A stretch of DNA of 37,749 bases from an uncultured Thermoprotei archaeon (lineage in GTDB: Archaea; Thermoproteota; Thermoprotei; Thermofilales; B15-G2), in the NCBI GenBank assembly GCA_965367815.1, contig CBDUKN010000024.1, positions 1 to 37,749 on the forward strand. Reading direction: 5' to 3'. The translations under genes were made by a program, and so were the position numbers. Under the pieces are notes generated by a model, which made no database searches, was not told where the DNA came from, and saw only the letters and a program-made list of their open reading frames with translations. Shown here in pieces: positions 18,844 to 28,650 of the stretch; position 1 is the stretch's first letter; the number at the start of each line of letters is the position of its first letter.

Positions 18844-19917
18844 GTGATGTCTTTGTCTGGCCTCGTTTACATAGATTCATGCGCCAAGAAAATAAACGAG
18901 TATAGACGTCCGCAGACAAACGACATATTTAAAAGAAGGTGTATGATCCCGCCCCATAAAATACTTCTCACTAATTTGGCTGAAATAAAGCCTATTTCCG
19001 CATTTAACCCCGGTATGCTTCTAGAAAACGGTGTGCTTGAAGTATATGCCAGAGTAATAGTAGGATACTTCGAGTACGCAAGTATGATAGCGAAGATAGA
19101 GTTACCTCTAAACTCGCTGGAGGAAGGTGTTTTCTCTAGAGAAATAGACGCAAAAGTAGTAGTAGGCCCTGATACATGGCTTGATATATGGGGTGCTGAA
19201 GACCCTAGAGTATTCTACTTAGAGAAAAACAAAGTAATGGTATATACTGGCAAAACGGAGAAGTTTTATGAAAGCAGCTACAATAAAACAGTTCCAGTAA
19301 TCGCAGTCTACGACAAGTCTGCCAATAGGTGGACTAAGGTATCTTATGTAGCTGTGCCGCATCCTCTCGATAAACTGGTTACATTTAATAAAGACACATT
19401 CCTCGTCAAAATGCTCGGCGACGAAAAAATACATGTTTTCCACAGACCTGTAATAGCAAACTTCCCTACTTCTCTCTGGTATGGAACATCCAGCAAAGAA
19501 ATTTCCGCCGAGTCTAAGAGCATAGACCCCCTAGTCGTAGAAGACAATAGGATCGTTATGCTTCCATCTGAATTCGAGTACAATATAGGGTGGAGTGCTC
19601 CTCTCCTCGAAGTAGACGGCAAGTATATTGAAATAGCGCATGCTCAGTGCAGCGACTGCTACTACAGGCTCTACGCCCTCGAGCTAGAGTACAGTGAAGA
19701 CAAGGGCTTCGAGATCACAGGTGTTTCTGAGACATATATCATGGAGCCTAAAGAACTATACGAAAAATATGGAGACCGCCCCTGCGTAGTTTTTGCATGT
19801 GGAGCCTGTATTGTAAAAGACAAAGTTATAGTATCATATGGCGCGGGAGACTACTTTATAGGGCTAGCTGAAACAGATCTCTCGACTCTACTCAGCTCAA
19901 TAAAGAGAATCAAGTAG
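18844..19917 (+). CDS. GH130 family beta-mannoside phosphorylase/glycosidase (5-bladed propeller)
   Basis: 'AFNPG', 'Y.R', 'GAEDPRV', 'NKD', 'FHRP', 'YEKYGDRPCVVFACG', 'SYGAGD'. No signal peptide. Confidence 0.85.
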   Translation: MMSLSGLVYIDSCAKKINEYRRPQTNDIFKRRCMIPPHKILLTNLAEIKPISAFNPGMLLENGVLEVYARVIVGYFEYASMIAKIELPLNSLEEGVFSREIDAKVVVGPDTWLDIWGAEDPRVFYLEKNKVMVYTGKTEKFYESSYNKTVPVIAVYDKSANRWTKVSYVAVPHPLDKLVTFNKDTFLVKMLGDEKIHVFHRPVIANFPTSLWYGTSSKEISAESKSIDPLVVEDNRIVMLPSEFEYNIGWSAPLLEVDGKYIEIAHAQCSDCYYRLYALELEYSEDKGFEITGVSETYIMEPKELYEKYGDRPCVVFACGACIVKDKVIVSYGAGDYFIGLAETDLSTLLSSIKRIK

Positions 19918-19929
19918 ACGAGTGAGACC

Positions 19930-21948
19930 GTGGCCGAAGGAAAGCGAGGTTTAAACCTTATCTTAATAGGCGCCGTAGTAGTAATAATGGCTTTAGTCGC
20001 TTTATCTTTACTCAACGTCTGGAAGCCGCCCAGTCCAGAACACGTAGAAAAGCCTACAGAAACTGGCGAAGTACTAGCCAAAGTTTCTGCAAACAATATT
20101 GTTTTAGAAGTACGCAAATATTCTTCCGACAAAGACTTCACTAAAGTATCTCTAGTAGCCTACTACAGTGAGAAACAAGACTACTGTCTTGAAGTAAAAG
20201 GTCTCGGTGGAGAAGACTACGAGTTCTTCTCCTACGCTAAAAGCGTTTCAGTCGAAGAAAAAGACGACAAAATAGTAGTATTGATTTCAGGTGAAAAAGA
20301 GAACTACTGGAACTATACTGCAGAAATAACGCTTTACAAAAACTACCCTGGCTTCGCTGAAGTAGAAATAAAAGTCACTCTCAAGGGATCGAGTCTGCGT
20401 GGAGGAAGAGGAGCATTCTACGCGACTAACGGCAAAGGCCAGCTAGCGTCAACAGTATATGGCGGAGAAGCTGGATGGCACTACCCCTTGGTTTCAGTCA
20501 CTTACATCAAGTACCCAATAGTAGTCTTAATGAAAGATTCCACTGGAAAATACTTGTTCTCAGTAAGCTACTGTGATTTAACTGGAAAAGGCAGTATCTA
20601 TGACAGAAAGCTAGCTGAGTACAGCTTCGAGATGTCACGCGACGCTTTTGGACTTAAGTCGCCTTACCTCAACGGACTTAAAGGAACATACATAGCCGCA
20701 AAATACTATCTCTACGTATGGAGAAATGAAAAAGATCCCTTAAGAGGAGTACTCAGTTTCCTAGACATTATAGCTAGTAAAATTAAAGAAAAGAACTATG
20801 ATTTAAGCAAAAACAAAGTCTATATAACAAACATGATTTCAACGCTACAAAATCCACCAGACTTAAAAGATATTTATATGATTCAAGGAGACCTATATCT
20901 ACTTAAAGCGTATGTAGGAGATAAGAGAAAATATGTCTCTGAAAGCGAGTTTATTACTCAGGCAAATGTTTTACTCGGATTGACGTACCTGTACAATAAG
21001 ACTCAGGCTCCCGAGTACAAAAACCTCATATTAAATATTCTTAGGAATACAAGTTACTTTGACGTATACTATGATAAGCTACGAGGAATCTACAGCAATA
21101 ACTGGATGAGCGCTGGAAGAATGGATTCATGGTACCAGATAACGAACCCAAGTATGCTCCTTGCAGCACACTCCCTTGCTCCCGATTTAGTTAAAATAGA
21201 TTTAGTTAAAATGAAGAAAAACGCAAACTGGCTGATTAACTTCGCTAGGAAAGTAAAGTACTCGTTCCCAGTATTCGTTTACCCTGACTACACTATACAG
21301 GAGCCCGGTAAAGAAGCGGACGCCGCCTTAGGGTACTCCTACCTAATGGTTAAACTATACTTGCTTACAGGAAACAAGACTTACCTCGAGGAAGCTTCGG
21401 CGAGCCTAGAGCACTACTTGACAGTAGACTACAGTAAGCTCTATGAAGCACACTTAGCTCCCATGGGAGTGGCTGCAGCAGCTCACTTATACGCGATTAC
21501 AGGTGACAGCAAGTACCTCGACTACCTCTATAAGCTAGAGTACCTGTGCTTAAAGTGGATTAACCTATACCGAGGCAACGTAATAGAAGAAGAAGTACCC
21601 TTTACCCTCGTCTCAGCTATGCCTAACATATACTCAGCAGCCTTTGAGTACGGGCTCTTTAAGTATTTCCTCGAAGAAGCATATCTAGTTCTAAAGAAAC
21701 ACGAAAAGAACCCTGTAGCACCGCTGTACAGATTCTACTCAATTTCAGTCGCTATTACATCAAAATACGCTTTCCCAAAGCTACTTGGAATAAGCTACAG
21801 GAACTTAGGCTACGGCAAAATAGATGAAAAATGCTGGGTTCCAGTAGAAGACATCTACCCGCTACAAAAAGCCTTCCCTGGGCAAATACCTCAAGAAATA
21901 TATGGCTTTGGCTCGCAGATAATAGCGCTGTACTGCGAAGACCCCTAG
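19930..21948 (+). CDS. Membrane-anchored protein, N-terminal beta domain + C-terminal (alpha/alpha)-barrel; putative glycoside-active enzyme
   Basis: N-terminal TM. Repeated 'LYxxTGxxxYL' helix-turn motifs (LYNKTQAPEYK, LYLLTGNKTYL, LYAITGDSKYL). Acidic motifs DSWY, EAD, YEA, FEY, VED, QEIYG. Confidence 0.6.
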   Translation: MAEGKRGLNLILIGAVVVIMALVALSLLNVWKPPSPEHVEKPTETGEVLAKVSANNIVLEVRKYSSDKDFTKVSLVAYYSEKQDYCLEVKGLGGEDYEFFSYAKSVSVEEKDDKIVVLISGEKENYWNYTAEITLYKNYPGFAEVEIKVTLKGSSLRGGRGAFYATNGKGQLASTVYGGEAGWHYPLVSVTYIKYPIVVLMKDSTGKYLFSVSYCDLTGKGSIYDRKLAEYSFEMSRDAFGLKSPYLNGLKGTYIAAKYYLYVWRNEKDPLRGVLSFLDIIASKIKEKNYDLSKNKVYITNMISTLQNPPDLKDIYMIQGDLYLLKAYVGDKRKYVSESEFITQANVLLGLTYLYNKTQAPEYKNLILNILRNTSYFDVYYDKLRGIYSNNWMSAGRMDSWYQITNPSMLLAAHSLAPDLVKIDLVKMKKNANWLINFARKVKYSFPVFVYPDYTIQEPGKEADAALGYSYLMVKLYLLTGNKTYLEEASASLEHYLTVDYSKLYEAHLAPMGVAAAAHLYAITGDSKYLDYLYKLEYLCLKWINLYRGNVIEEEVPFTLVSAMPNIYSAAFEYGLFKYFLEEAYLVLKKHEKNPVAPLYRFYSISVAITSKYAFPKLLGISYRNLGYGKIDEKCWVPVEDIYPLQKAFPGQIPQEIYGFGSQIIALYCEDP

Positions 21949-23307
21949 GTGAAGACCATGTCTAGCAGACTTAGTTCGCCTTTTAGAGCATACGATATAA
22001 GAGGCATATACGGCGAAAACCTGACAGATGAATTTGCCTGCAAACTAGGCTACGCTTTAGGAAAATTCATTAAAGAAGAAAAAATAGCTGTAGGAAGAGA
22101 CTCACGGTACTCTTCACCTGCACTCGCAGAAAACTTAATTAAAGGACTTACTGCTTCCGGCAAAAAAGTAGACTATGTGGGCGAAGTACCGAACCCTATC
22201 ACATACTTCTACTGCTGGAGAGAAAAGATTTCCGGAGCCTATGTTACAGCAAGCCACAATCCTCCACAATACAATGGATTTAAGCTGATTAGAGGAAACG
22301 GCACAAGCTTTACACACGAGTACAGTGAACTCAAAAAACTCGTCTCCGAAGTCAAGACAGTGCCCTCTCTCGAAAAAAATGAAGCAAGTACTGTTGACGC
22401 CGCCAAAAGCTACACGGAATTCGTCTTAAGCCAAGTCAATATTTCACGAAGAATCAAAGTGGTCGTAGAGACTTTTGGAGGAGTAGTCAACAAAGTAATA
22501 CCCGTTCTCTTAGAAAAACTCGGCATAGAGTACAAAATACTTCACGGCGAAATTAGAGGAGACTTCTATGGCTTAAGGCCCGAGCCCAAGGGAGACAACT
22601 TAGATTTACTGAGAAAAGAAGTAGTGGGCTTCGGCGCAGACTTCGGAGTAGCTTTCGACGGAGACTCCGATCGATCAGTCTTTGTAGACGATAAAGGAAG
22701 AGTACTTAACGGTAGTCAAGCAGGAGTAGTCTTCGTAAAACACTTAGTTAAAAAGGGCTCTACAGTAGTACTTACACCCGATACTTCACGAGTACTAGAG
22801 AAAGTCATTAAGGATCTTGGAGGAAAAGTAGTATACTCTCGTATAGGACACGGCTTTATCGAAGAAAAAGTAAGAGACACTAAGGCCTTAATAGGAATAG
22901 AGCAGAGCTCACACTTCTACTTCGGGTACCTCTACCCGTTCTCTGACGGAATACTATCGGCGCTGATCATGGCTCAAATAGCTTCCCATGAAAAAATCTC
23001 TAAGATAGTAGACGAGTATCCAGTGTACTCTATGGAAAAAATCTACATTGACGCCTACAGCGACGAAATTAAACACAAAGTAGTATCAATTCTAAAGAAA
23101 GAACACCCCGACGCAATAGACATACACGACGGATTCAAAGTATTTCTCGAAGACTCATGGATACTAATAAGAGTTTCACAAACAATGCCTGAAGTAAACC
23201 TAGTCATAGAGGCTCCCACCGAAGATAAACTGAAAGAACTGAAGGGAAAGTATATTGAAAAAATAAAGAGTCTAGTCGCTAAATTTTCAAAAGAATATTC
23301 TAAGTAA
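21949..23307 (+). CDS. Phosphomannomutase/phosphoglucomutase
   Basis: 'FRAYDIRG', 'TASHNP' phosphoserine loop, 'FDGDSDR' metal loop, 'GIEQSSH'. Confidence 0.93.
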   Translation: MKTMSSRLSSPFRAYDIRGIYGENLTDEFACKLGYALGKFIKEEKIAVGRDSRYSSPALAENLIKGLTASGKKVDYVGEVPNPITYFYCWREKISGAYVTASHNPPQYNGFKLIRGNGTSFTHEYSELKKLVSEVKTVPSLEKNEASTVDAAKSYTEFVLSQVNISRRIKVVVETFGGVVNKVIPVLLEKLGIEYKILHGEIRGDFYGLRPEPKGDNLDLLRKEVVGFGADFGVAFDGDSDRSVFVDDKGRVLNGSQAGVVFVKHLVKKGSTVVLTPDTSRVLEKVIKDLGGKVVYSRIGHGFIEEKVRDTKALIGIEQSSHFYFGYLYPFSDGILSALIMAQIASHEKISKIVDEYPVYSMEKIYIDAYSDEIKHKVVSILKKEHPDAIDIHDGFKVFLEDSWILIRVSQTMPEVNLVIEAPTEDKLKELKGKYIEKIKSLVAKFSKEYSK

Positions 23308-23360
23308 AAATAGTCTGTTTTAAATAATATCGAGTAAAGTTAAATAGTTCTCGCGAAATT

Positions 23361-24374
23361 TTGTTTAATGGTGATTTAGTGATAAATAAGCCTCTATTTT
23401 ATACAGTAATAATTCTCCTCTTATTGTTATCTGGAATAATTTACTTCTCTTTAATTCAGCAGACTAAACGCAAGCCAAATTATGTCACACTTTACGGCAA
23501 AATAGTTGACTGCGAAAATAAGCCTGTAAAAGCATATGTTTATTTTTCGAGGGCAGAAACTCCGACCCTAGTTACATGTCCAATAGCATTTACTGCTACT
23601 GACAGTAATGGCTCATTTAGTATAACACTGCCTTCCGGGCTCTATCTCGTTGAAGTATATGCAATTGGATATGAAGTCCGCGAAATAATTATCGACGCTA
23701 GCAGTAACTCTAAAGTAACAATTAGGCTATTTAAATTAAGTATACAGATACCTGATTACTTAAAAAACTATTATAGTAAAATTCTTATTTTATACGACTT
23801 TAACATGACCGAGAGTATTCCTGCTAAAGAATCATTAATTTACTTATACAATTTATCAAAATCATGTAACCAAGTAAGTGTAATAGTTTTCACATATGAT
23901 ACTAAGTCGATTAAATCACTTAATTTGCCACTAAATCAGAGTGATAAGTGGATTGTTTTGAGAAAGCCCTTTCCTTTGAAAATAGGCGCTACACCTTCAG
24001 TTGCCGTCTTCTATAATAATAAAGCCGTACTTCTTAAAAAAGGCTGTATTTACAATTATTTATTTAAGTTAGTAAACATTTTGCTGAATGAAAATATTAC
24101 TTTATTTAATAGAATCGAAATTAATGGTACATTACTTAAAGTTACTTTAAATAAGAGTCCTCTTAGAAAAATGTATCTTTTGCTTAGCAATATTATATAC
24201 AATTTTAGTAGCAGTACTTTTACGAAAACTACATGTGCGAGGCTAAAAATAACTAAAATCACGTGCTCTCTAGTTCTTCCTAAAAATCTTTCTGCTGAAG
24301 CATATGTAATTTTAGTTGATAAAAAAGGTAGAATATTTGACTGCGAGAGAATGACTCTAAGCTTCAAGCACTAA
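23361..24374 (+). CDS. AT-rich membrane-anchored protein with carboxypeptidase-regulatory-like (transthyretin-fold) domain
   Basis: N-terminal TM, then 'LYGKIVD.ENKPV.A.V...TATDSNGSFSITLPSGLYLVEVYAIGYE'. Confidence 0.6.
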   Translation: MFNGDLVINKPLFYTVIILLLLLSGIIYFSLIQQTKRKPNYVTLYGKIVDCENKPVKAYVYFSRAETPTLVTCPIAFTATDSNGSFSITLPSGLYLVEVYAIGYEVREIIIDASSNSKVTIRLFKLSIQIPDYLKNYYSKILILYDFNMTESIPAKESLIYLYNLSKSCNQVSVIVFTYDTKSIKSLNLPLNQSDKWIVLRKPFPLKIGATPSVAVFYNNKAVLLKKGCIYNYLFKLVNILLNENITLFNRIEINGTLLKVTLNKSPLRKMYLLLSNIIYNFSSSTFTKTTCARLKITKITCSLVLPKNLSAEAYVILVDKKGRIFDCERMTLSFKH

Positions 24375-24447
24375 CGTTTTCTTTAAAAGTATTCAAGTGT
24401 AGTAGATGATTAAATATCAGCGTTTTACTTAACTCTACGGGAGAAAC

Positions 24448-25449
24448 GTGCTAGACCTACTGTCTTGCGGTTTTCTTGTAGCAGATATTGTTGTAGCAGA
24501 CTTAGATAAAATAGCTGAGCCCGGAGAACTAGTATTTGCTCCTAAGGGAATAACGATTAGTGTTGGCGGGCACCCAGCTAATATTGCTATAGACTTGGTT
24601 AAGCTCGGAGTACCAGGTGACAGAATAGGTGTTGCTGGCGCAGTAGGCAGCGATATTTTCGGAGAATTTATTGAAAGAGTTTTAGCGAGCTACGGCCTCA
24701 AGCTTTTTCTCCAGAAAGTCGATAGAAGTACTAACAAAAACGTTATCTTAGTTGTTAAAGGCGAGGACAGACGTTTTCATGTAGAGCTCGGAGCTAGCCG
24801 AGTCTTCTCGCCCTCGATGGTACTTAAACTAATTGACGAAACTAGACCTAAAGTATTCTACTTGGCGTCCGGCATACTAGATTTGATAGACGAGAGAATT
24901 GTAGAAATCTTTAAGAAAGCTAGAGAGAAAGGAGCACTTACTTTCGCGGACATAGTTAAGCCTTATGGAAAAGACTGGAGCTACATTGTTCCAGCGATGA
25001 AATATATTGACGTGTTTCACTGCAATGAAAGCGAGCTTAAAGAACTAACTGGAACAGAAAGCCTTAAGGAGGCTGTAAATAGGGTTTTTTACTATGGAGT
25101 AAGACTGCTGCTTATTACAATGGGCGAGAAAGGAGCCTTGGGAGCTACTAGACGCATGAATATTCTTCAGAAAGCATTTAAAGTAAATGTAGTGGATCCT
25201 ACTGGCGCTGGCGATGCTTTCTGTGCAGGCGTAATATACAAGTTACTGGAATACGGCATTACAGGCGATAAAGTAAGCGAAATCGACGTAGATAAGCTTA
25301 AGCAAATACTGCTTTACGCGCAGGCAGTAGGTGCTTCCGCCTGTACTGCTCCGGGTACCACAGCTGGAGTCTCTAGAATGAAAGTCGAGGAGCTGGTAAA
25401 AGCCCAGGGAGAAGAAATACTCGCGAATACTGCTATTAATACGGTTTAG
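24448..25449 (+). CDS. PfkB/ribokinase family carbohydrate kinase
   Basis: 'GGHPANIA', 'GAVGSDIFG', 'NESE', 'TMGEKG', 'DPTGAGDAF'. Confidence 0.92.
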   Translation: MLDLLSCGFLVADIVVADLDKIAEPGELVFAPKGITISVGGHPANIAIDLVKLGVPGDRIGVAGAVGSDIFGEFIERVLASYGLKLFLQKVDRSTNKNVILVVKGEDRRFHVELGASRVFSPSMVLKLIDETRPKVFYLASGILDLIDERIVEIFKKAREKGALTFADIVKPYGKDWSYIVPAMKYIDVFHCNESELKELTGTESLKEAVNRVFYYGVRLLLITMGEKGALGATRRMNILQKAFKVNVVDPTGAGDAFCAGVIYKLLEYGITGDKVSEIDVDKLKQILLYAQAVGASACTAPGTTAGVSRMKVEELVKAQGEEILANTAINTV

Positions 25450-25469
25450 TAGAATAGACTGGTGAATAG

Positions 25470-26864
25470 ATGTATACCCCTAGAGTAGGCGTAATTACTT
25501 TAGGAGATCCTCGAGAAGAAGTTCCCTGGAGAGAAAAAGAGGACCGCAAGCATAGAGAGCTTCTCGAGAAGTTAAAGGAAATAGGTGAGCTCGAGGTCTA
25601 TGGCACAGAGAAAGTTGTTAGGAGCCTTAAGGAAGCTGAAAGCGGAGTAGAAAAACTTCTAGTAAAGAAACCCGATTTAGCTGTACTGCATATTCCTGTG
25701 TGGACTTATCCGTCGATAACAGTTAGAGCAGCTGAAGTAGCTTCTAAAGAAGTAGCACTCCTCGTGGTCTACGGAGACGGCGTGCTCAGCGGAATACTTG
25801 CTTCAGGCGGAGCTTTAAGCCAGGTAGGTATACGTAGAGAGCTTCTCTGGGGCCCGATGAATGAAGAAAACTTAGGTAGACTAGTTAAGTGGGCTAGAGC
25901 CGCCATGACAGTAAAAAGGCTTAGAGGAATGACTTACGGTGTATTTGGAGGAAGAGCACTAGGCATGTACACAGTAGTCGCCGATCCCTCCCAAATAAAA
26001 ATGGTCTTCGGAGTCGACGTAGAGCACGTAGACCAGCTAGAAATACTTAGAAAAGCAGAGAAAATACCCGACGAAGAAGTAGAGAAGCACTACAAGTGGC
26101 TAGTAGAGAGAGTAGGAAAAATAGAGTTTAACGGCAAAATACTGACTGAAGAAAAACTGAAAAAGCAGATTAGAGCCTACCTCGCCTTAAAAGAGCTAAT
26201 AAAAGAACATGGCTTCGATTTCTGCGGCGTAAAATGTCAGCCAGAGCTGAGTGACAAGTACGTAAACCTCTGTGTAGCCGTAGCGCTACTAAACGATCCT
26301 TATGATGCTGAAGGACCCAAAGAGCCCATAGTATGCGCCTGTGAAGTAGACCACGACGGAGCACTAACAATGCAAATACTCAAAATAGTTTCAGGAGGAA
26401 AACCAGCGACACTAATGGACTTCCTAGTCTACGACACCGAAGAAGAACTACTTTACTTAGGAAACTGCGGAGGCATGGCGACATGGTTCGCTGAAACCTC
26501 CGATAAACCGGAGGAAAACCTCAAAAACGTGCATCTTCTGCCACAGGTTCAAGGAAAAGCTGGAGGCGCTGCAACACAGTATGTAGCTCCCGAGAAAACA
26601 TTCACCTTGGCGAGGCTATATAGAATAAAAGGAGAATACCACATGGTAATACTTAAGGCAAAAAGTGTCAGGGTAGATAGAAGTAAGCTGAAGAAAAGCA
26701 TATGGCCTTGGCCCCACATAGTAATCAAAATAAATAGAGAGAAATTCAACAAGCTTATAGAAACAATTAGAGCAAACCACCTGCACGCCGTAGAAGGAGA
26801 CTACACAGAAGAACTGTCGAAAATATGCGAATTACTCAACATAAAGCTACATAAAATACAGTAA
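25470..26864 (+). CDS. L-fucose/D-arabinose isomerase family protein
   Basis: 'GGRALGMYT', 'KCQPELS', 'ACEVD.DGALTMQIL', 'NCG', 'WPH', 'ANHLHAV.GD'. GGTGA SD. Confidence 0.85.
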   Translation: MYTPRVGVITLGDPREEVPWREKEDRKHRELLEKLKEIGELEVYGTEKVVRSLKEAESGVEKLLVKKPDLAVLHIPVWTYPSITVRAAEVASKEVALLVVYGDGVLSGILASGGALSQVGIRRELLWGPMNEENLGRLVKWARAAMTVKRLRGMTYGVFGGRALGMYTVVADPSQIKMVFGVDVEHVDQLEILRKAEKIPDEEVEKHYKWLVERVGKIEFNGKILTEEKLKKQIRAYLALKELIKEHGFDFCGVKCQPELSDKYVNLCVAVALLNDPYDAEGPKEPIVCACEVDHDGALTMQILKIVSGGKPATLMDFLVYDTEEELLYLGNCGGMATWFAETSDKPEENLKNVHLLPQVQGKAGGAATQYVAPEKTFTLARLYRIKGEYHMVILKAKSVRVDRSKLKKSIWPWPHIVIKINREKFNKLIETIRANHLHAVEGDYTEELSKICELLNIKLHKIQ

Positions 26865-27029
26865 AGGTTTAGGTTCATGAACAAGTACTTGTAGTGCACT
26901 CTCTTTATTTTGTTAAGAAAAGCAAAGTTAATATTCGGGTATTTAACGAAACTAATGACCGATGAGCAGGGCTTAGTTCACTCGTAACTCTGAAAATCAG
27001 TACGCTGTCTCGTGAGAGCCAGGTTCTCT

Positions 27030-27341
27030 TGTGAGGGATGACGCTTCCTCTGCGAGAAAAACCAGCAAGTCCACCTTATGCGCTTCCTCCACCTAAATTC
27101 CAGTAAAATAACATCATATCTTTTCATACTCAATTTTACTCGCCAGCTCACAATCAGTAATAACAAAGAGTACTCTGTATCTGCAAGAAATTCTGCTCAA
27201 AAATCTCACTACAACAAAATCTTTCCAGCGCCCTGGTATGCACACAATCCTCCAGGAATAAATCTTCCCTATTCTGCTCTTAATGTAATTTTTAAGAAAT
27301 GCAAGTGAAGCGTCTAGAACGACAATATCCCATGCAACCAC
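27030..27341 (-). pseudogene. Possible degraded PIN-like (DUF5615/Mut7-C-like) gene
   Basis: 'VVLDASL...GRWKD..V...LFVITDCEL' followed by 'YDVILLE' in a second frame. The downstream end coordinate is approximate. Confidence 0.3.
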
Positions 27342-27431
27342 ACTTAAGGAGACATAGACTCGGTAATATCAATTGCTTGAGTCTAGTAAACTAGACTAAT
27401 GGAGTCTAGAAGCCTAGAATTATAGCTTAGC

Positions 27432-27881
27432 GTGGGATTTTCCCTCTCGATGAATGGAGAGAAGTGTGAGAAAATGTTTGAGGGAGTAGCACATCCACTT
27501 AGAATAGAGATACTAAGAGCTCTCGCAGAAAAGCCTATGACGTTCTCAGAACTTAAAAAAGAGCTAGGAATAAAGAGTAGTGGACACCTAGACTTCCACT
27601 TAAAGAAACTAGAAGGATTAATTGAAGTAAAGAAAGACGGAAAATACCACTTAACTAAGGAGGGATATGCTGCACTTGAAGCACTAAAAGTGGCGAGCAA
27701 GTATGGTTGGCAGAAAAGAGCTCTCCTCATAAACATCATAGCGTACACAGTATTCAATATAGTCGGCGCCTACTCAAACTTCGATTTATGGCTTAAAACA
27801 GTATTTCCTTTGACAACCCTCTGGCTAGTATACTACCTTTACTGGGTGTTCAAGAAAAGAAAACTACATAAATGGTGGTAA
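27432..27881 (+). CDS. ArsR-family wHTH regulator with two C-terminal TM helices
   Basis: 'AHPLRIEILRAL.EKPMTFSELKKELGIKSSGHLDFHLKKL...Y.LT.EG', then two hydrophobic segments. Confidence 0.85.
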   Translation: MGFSLSMNGEKCEKMFEGVAHPLRIEILRALAEKPMTFSELKKELGIKSSGHLDFHLKKLEGLIEVKKDGKYHLTKEGYAALEALKVASKYGWQKRALLINIIAYTVFNIVGAYSNFDLWLKTVFPLTTLWLVYYLYWVFKKRKLHKWW

Positions 27882-28525
27882 ATATGAAGACAGCTAGAAC
27901 TGCTCTACTCTTAATATTAATTAATATGATTATAAGTGAAGCAACATCACTTTACTCACTGCTCTCATCAAACTTCAAACTGTCCTCAGCTGTGAACTAC
28001 GCACCACCAGCAATTATTCAGACAGTAGCCCTACTCCTTGAAGCAGCCGGAGTACTAATACTAGTCGCCTCTAAGCGAAATAAAGCGACTATAACAGCAC
28101 TCATTTTCCTAGCACTATGGGCTGTACTAAACTTCCTAGTATTCCTCCCATTAACACTCATAGGCGTAAAATCAGGCTCACTTGAAGCCATTAAAGCAGC
28201 ACTACTAGTGAAAGCAGTAGCCGCTACACTACAATACGCAGTACCCTTCCTGGCAATTTACAGCGAGACAAAAGACTTCTCAAAGAAAATACTGTGGCTA
28301 GCATTAATAGCAGTCACTATAGGAGGCTTCATGGTAACATCTACGCCCATATCAAGTATTAAACTAAAGACCGTGAATACTTCTAAAGGAACACTCTACA
28401 TACCAGTATACAGAATAAACTACACTCAGTGGCCTTACCCACTATACTTAGCGCTATGCCACATAGGAGGCATACTCTACTTAATTACATATACTTCAGT
28501 TATCATTAAGCGTACAGAAAAATAA
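27872..28525 (+). CDS. Hypothetical multi-TM membrane protein
   Basis: About 6 hydrophobic segments; overlaps the ArsR stop. Confidence 0.65.
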   Translation: MVVNMKTARTALLLILINMIISEATSLYSLLSSNFKLSSAVNYAPPAIIQTVALLLEAAGVLILVASKRNKATITALIFLALWAVLNFLVFLPLTLIGVKSGSLEAIKAALLVKAVAATLQYAVPFLAIYSETKDFSKKILWLALIAVTIGGFMVTSTPISSIKLKTVNTSKGTLYIPVYRINYTQWPYPLYLALCHIGGILYLITYTSVIIKRTEK

Positions 28526-28650
28526 GTAAAACTCACTTAAACAATTTCATATTTTAATTATCTTATTTTAATCAATTTAAATTATACTATATACAACTCT
28601 GATTCTCGTTTTATCAAAAATATATATCTGTTTAGAGAATACTATGCTAC

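Noticed and set aside
26948-26994. TGA/GATGA…CTGA motifs with a short hairpin as a second C/D sRNA
   Set aside because: No convincing D'/C' pair or terminal stem, and it lies at the end of a decayed ORF region.
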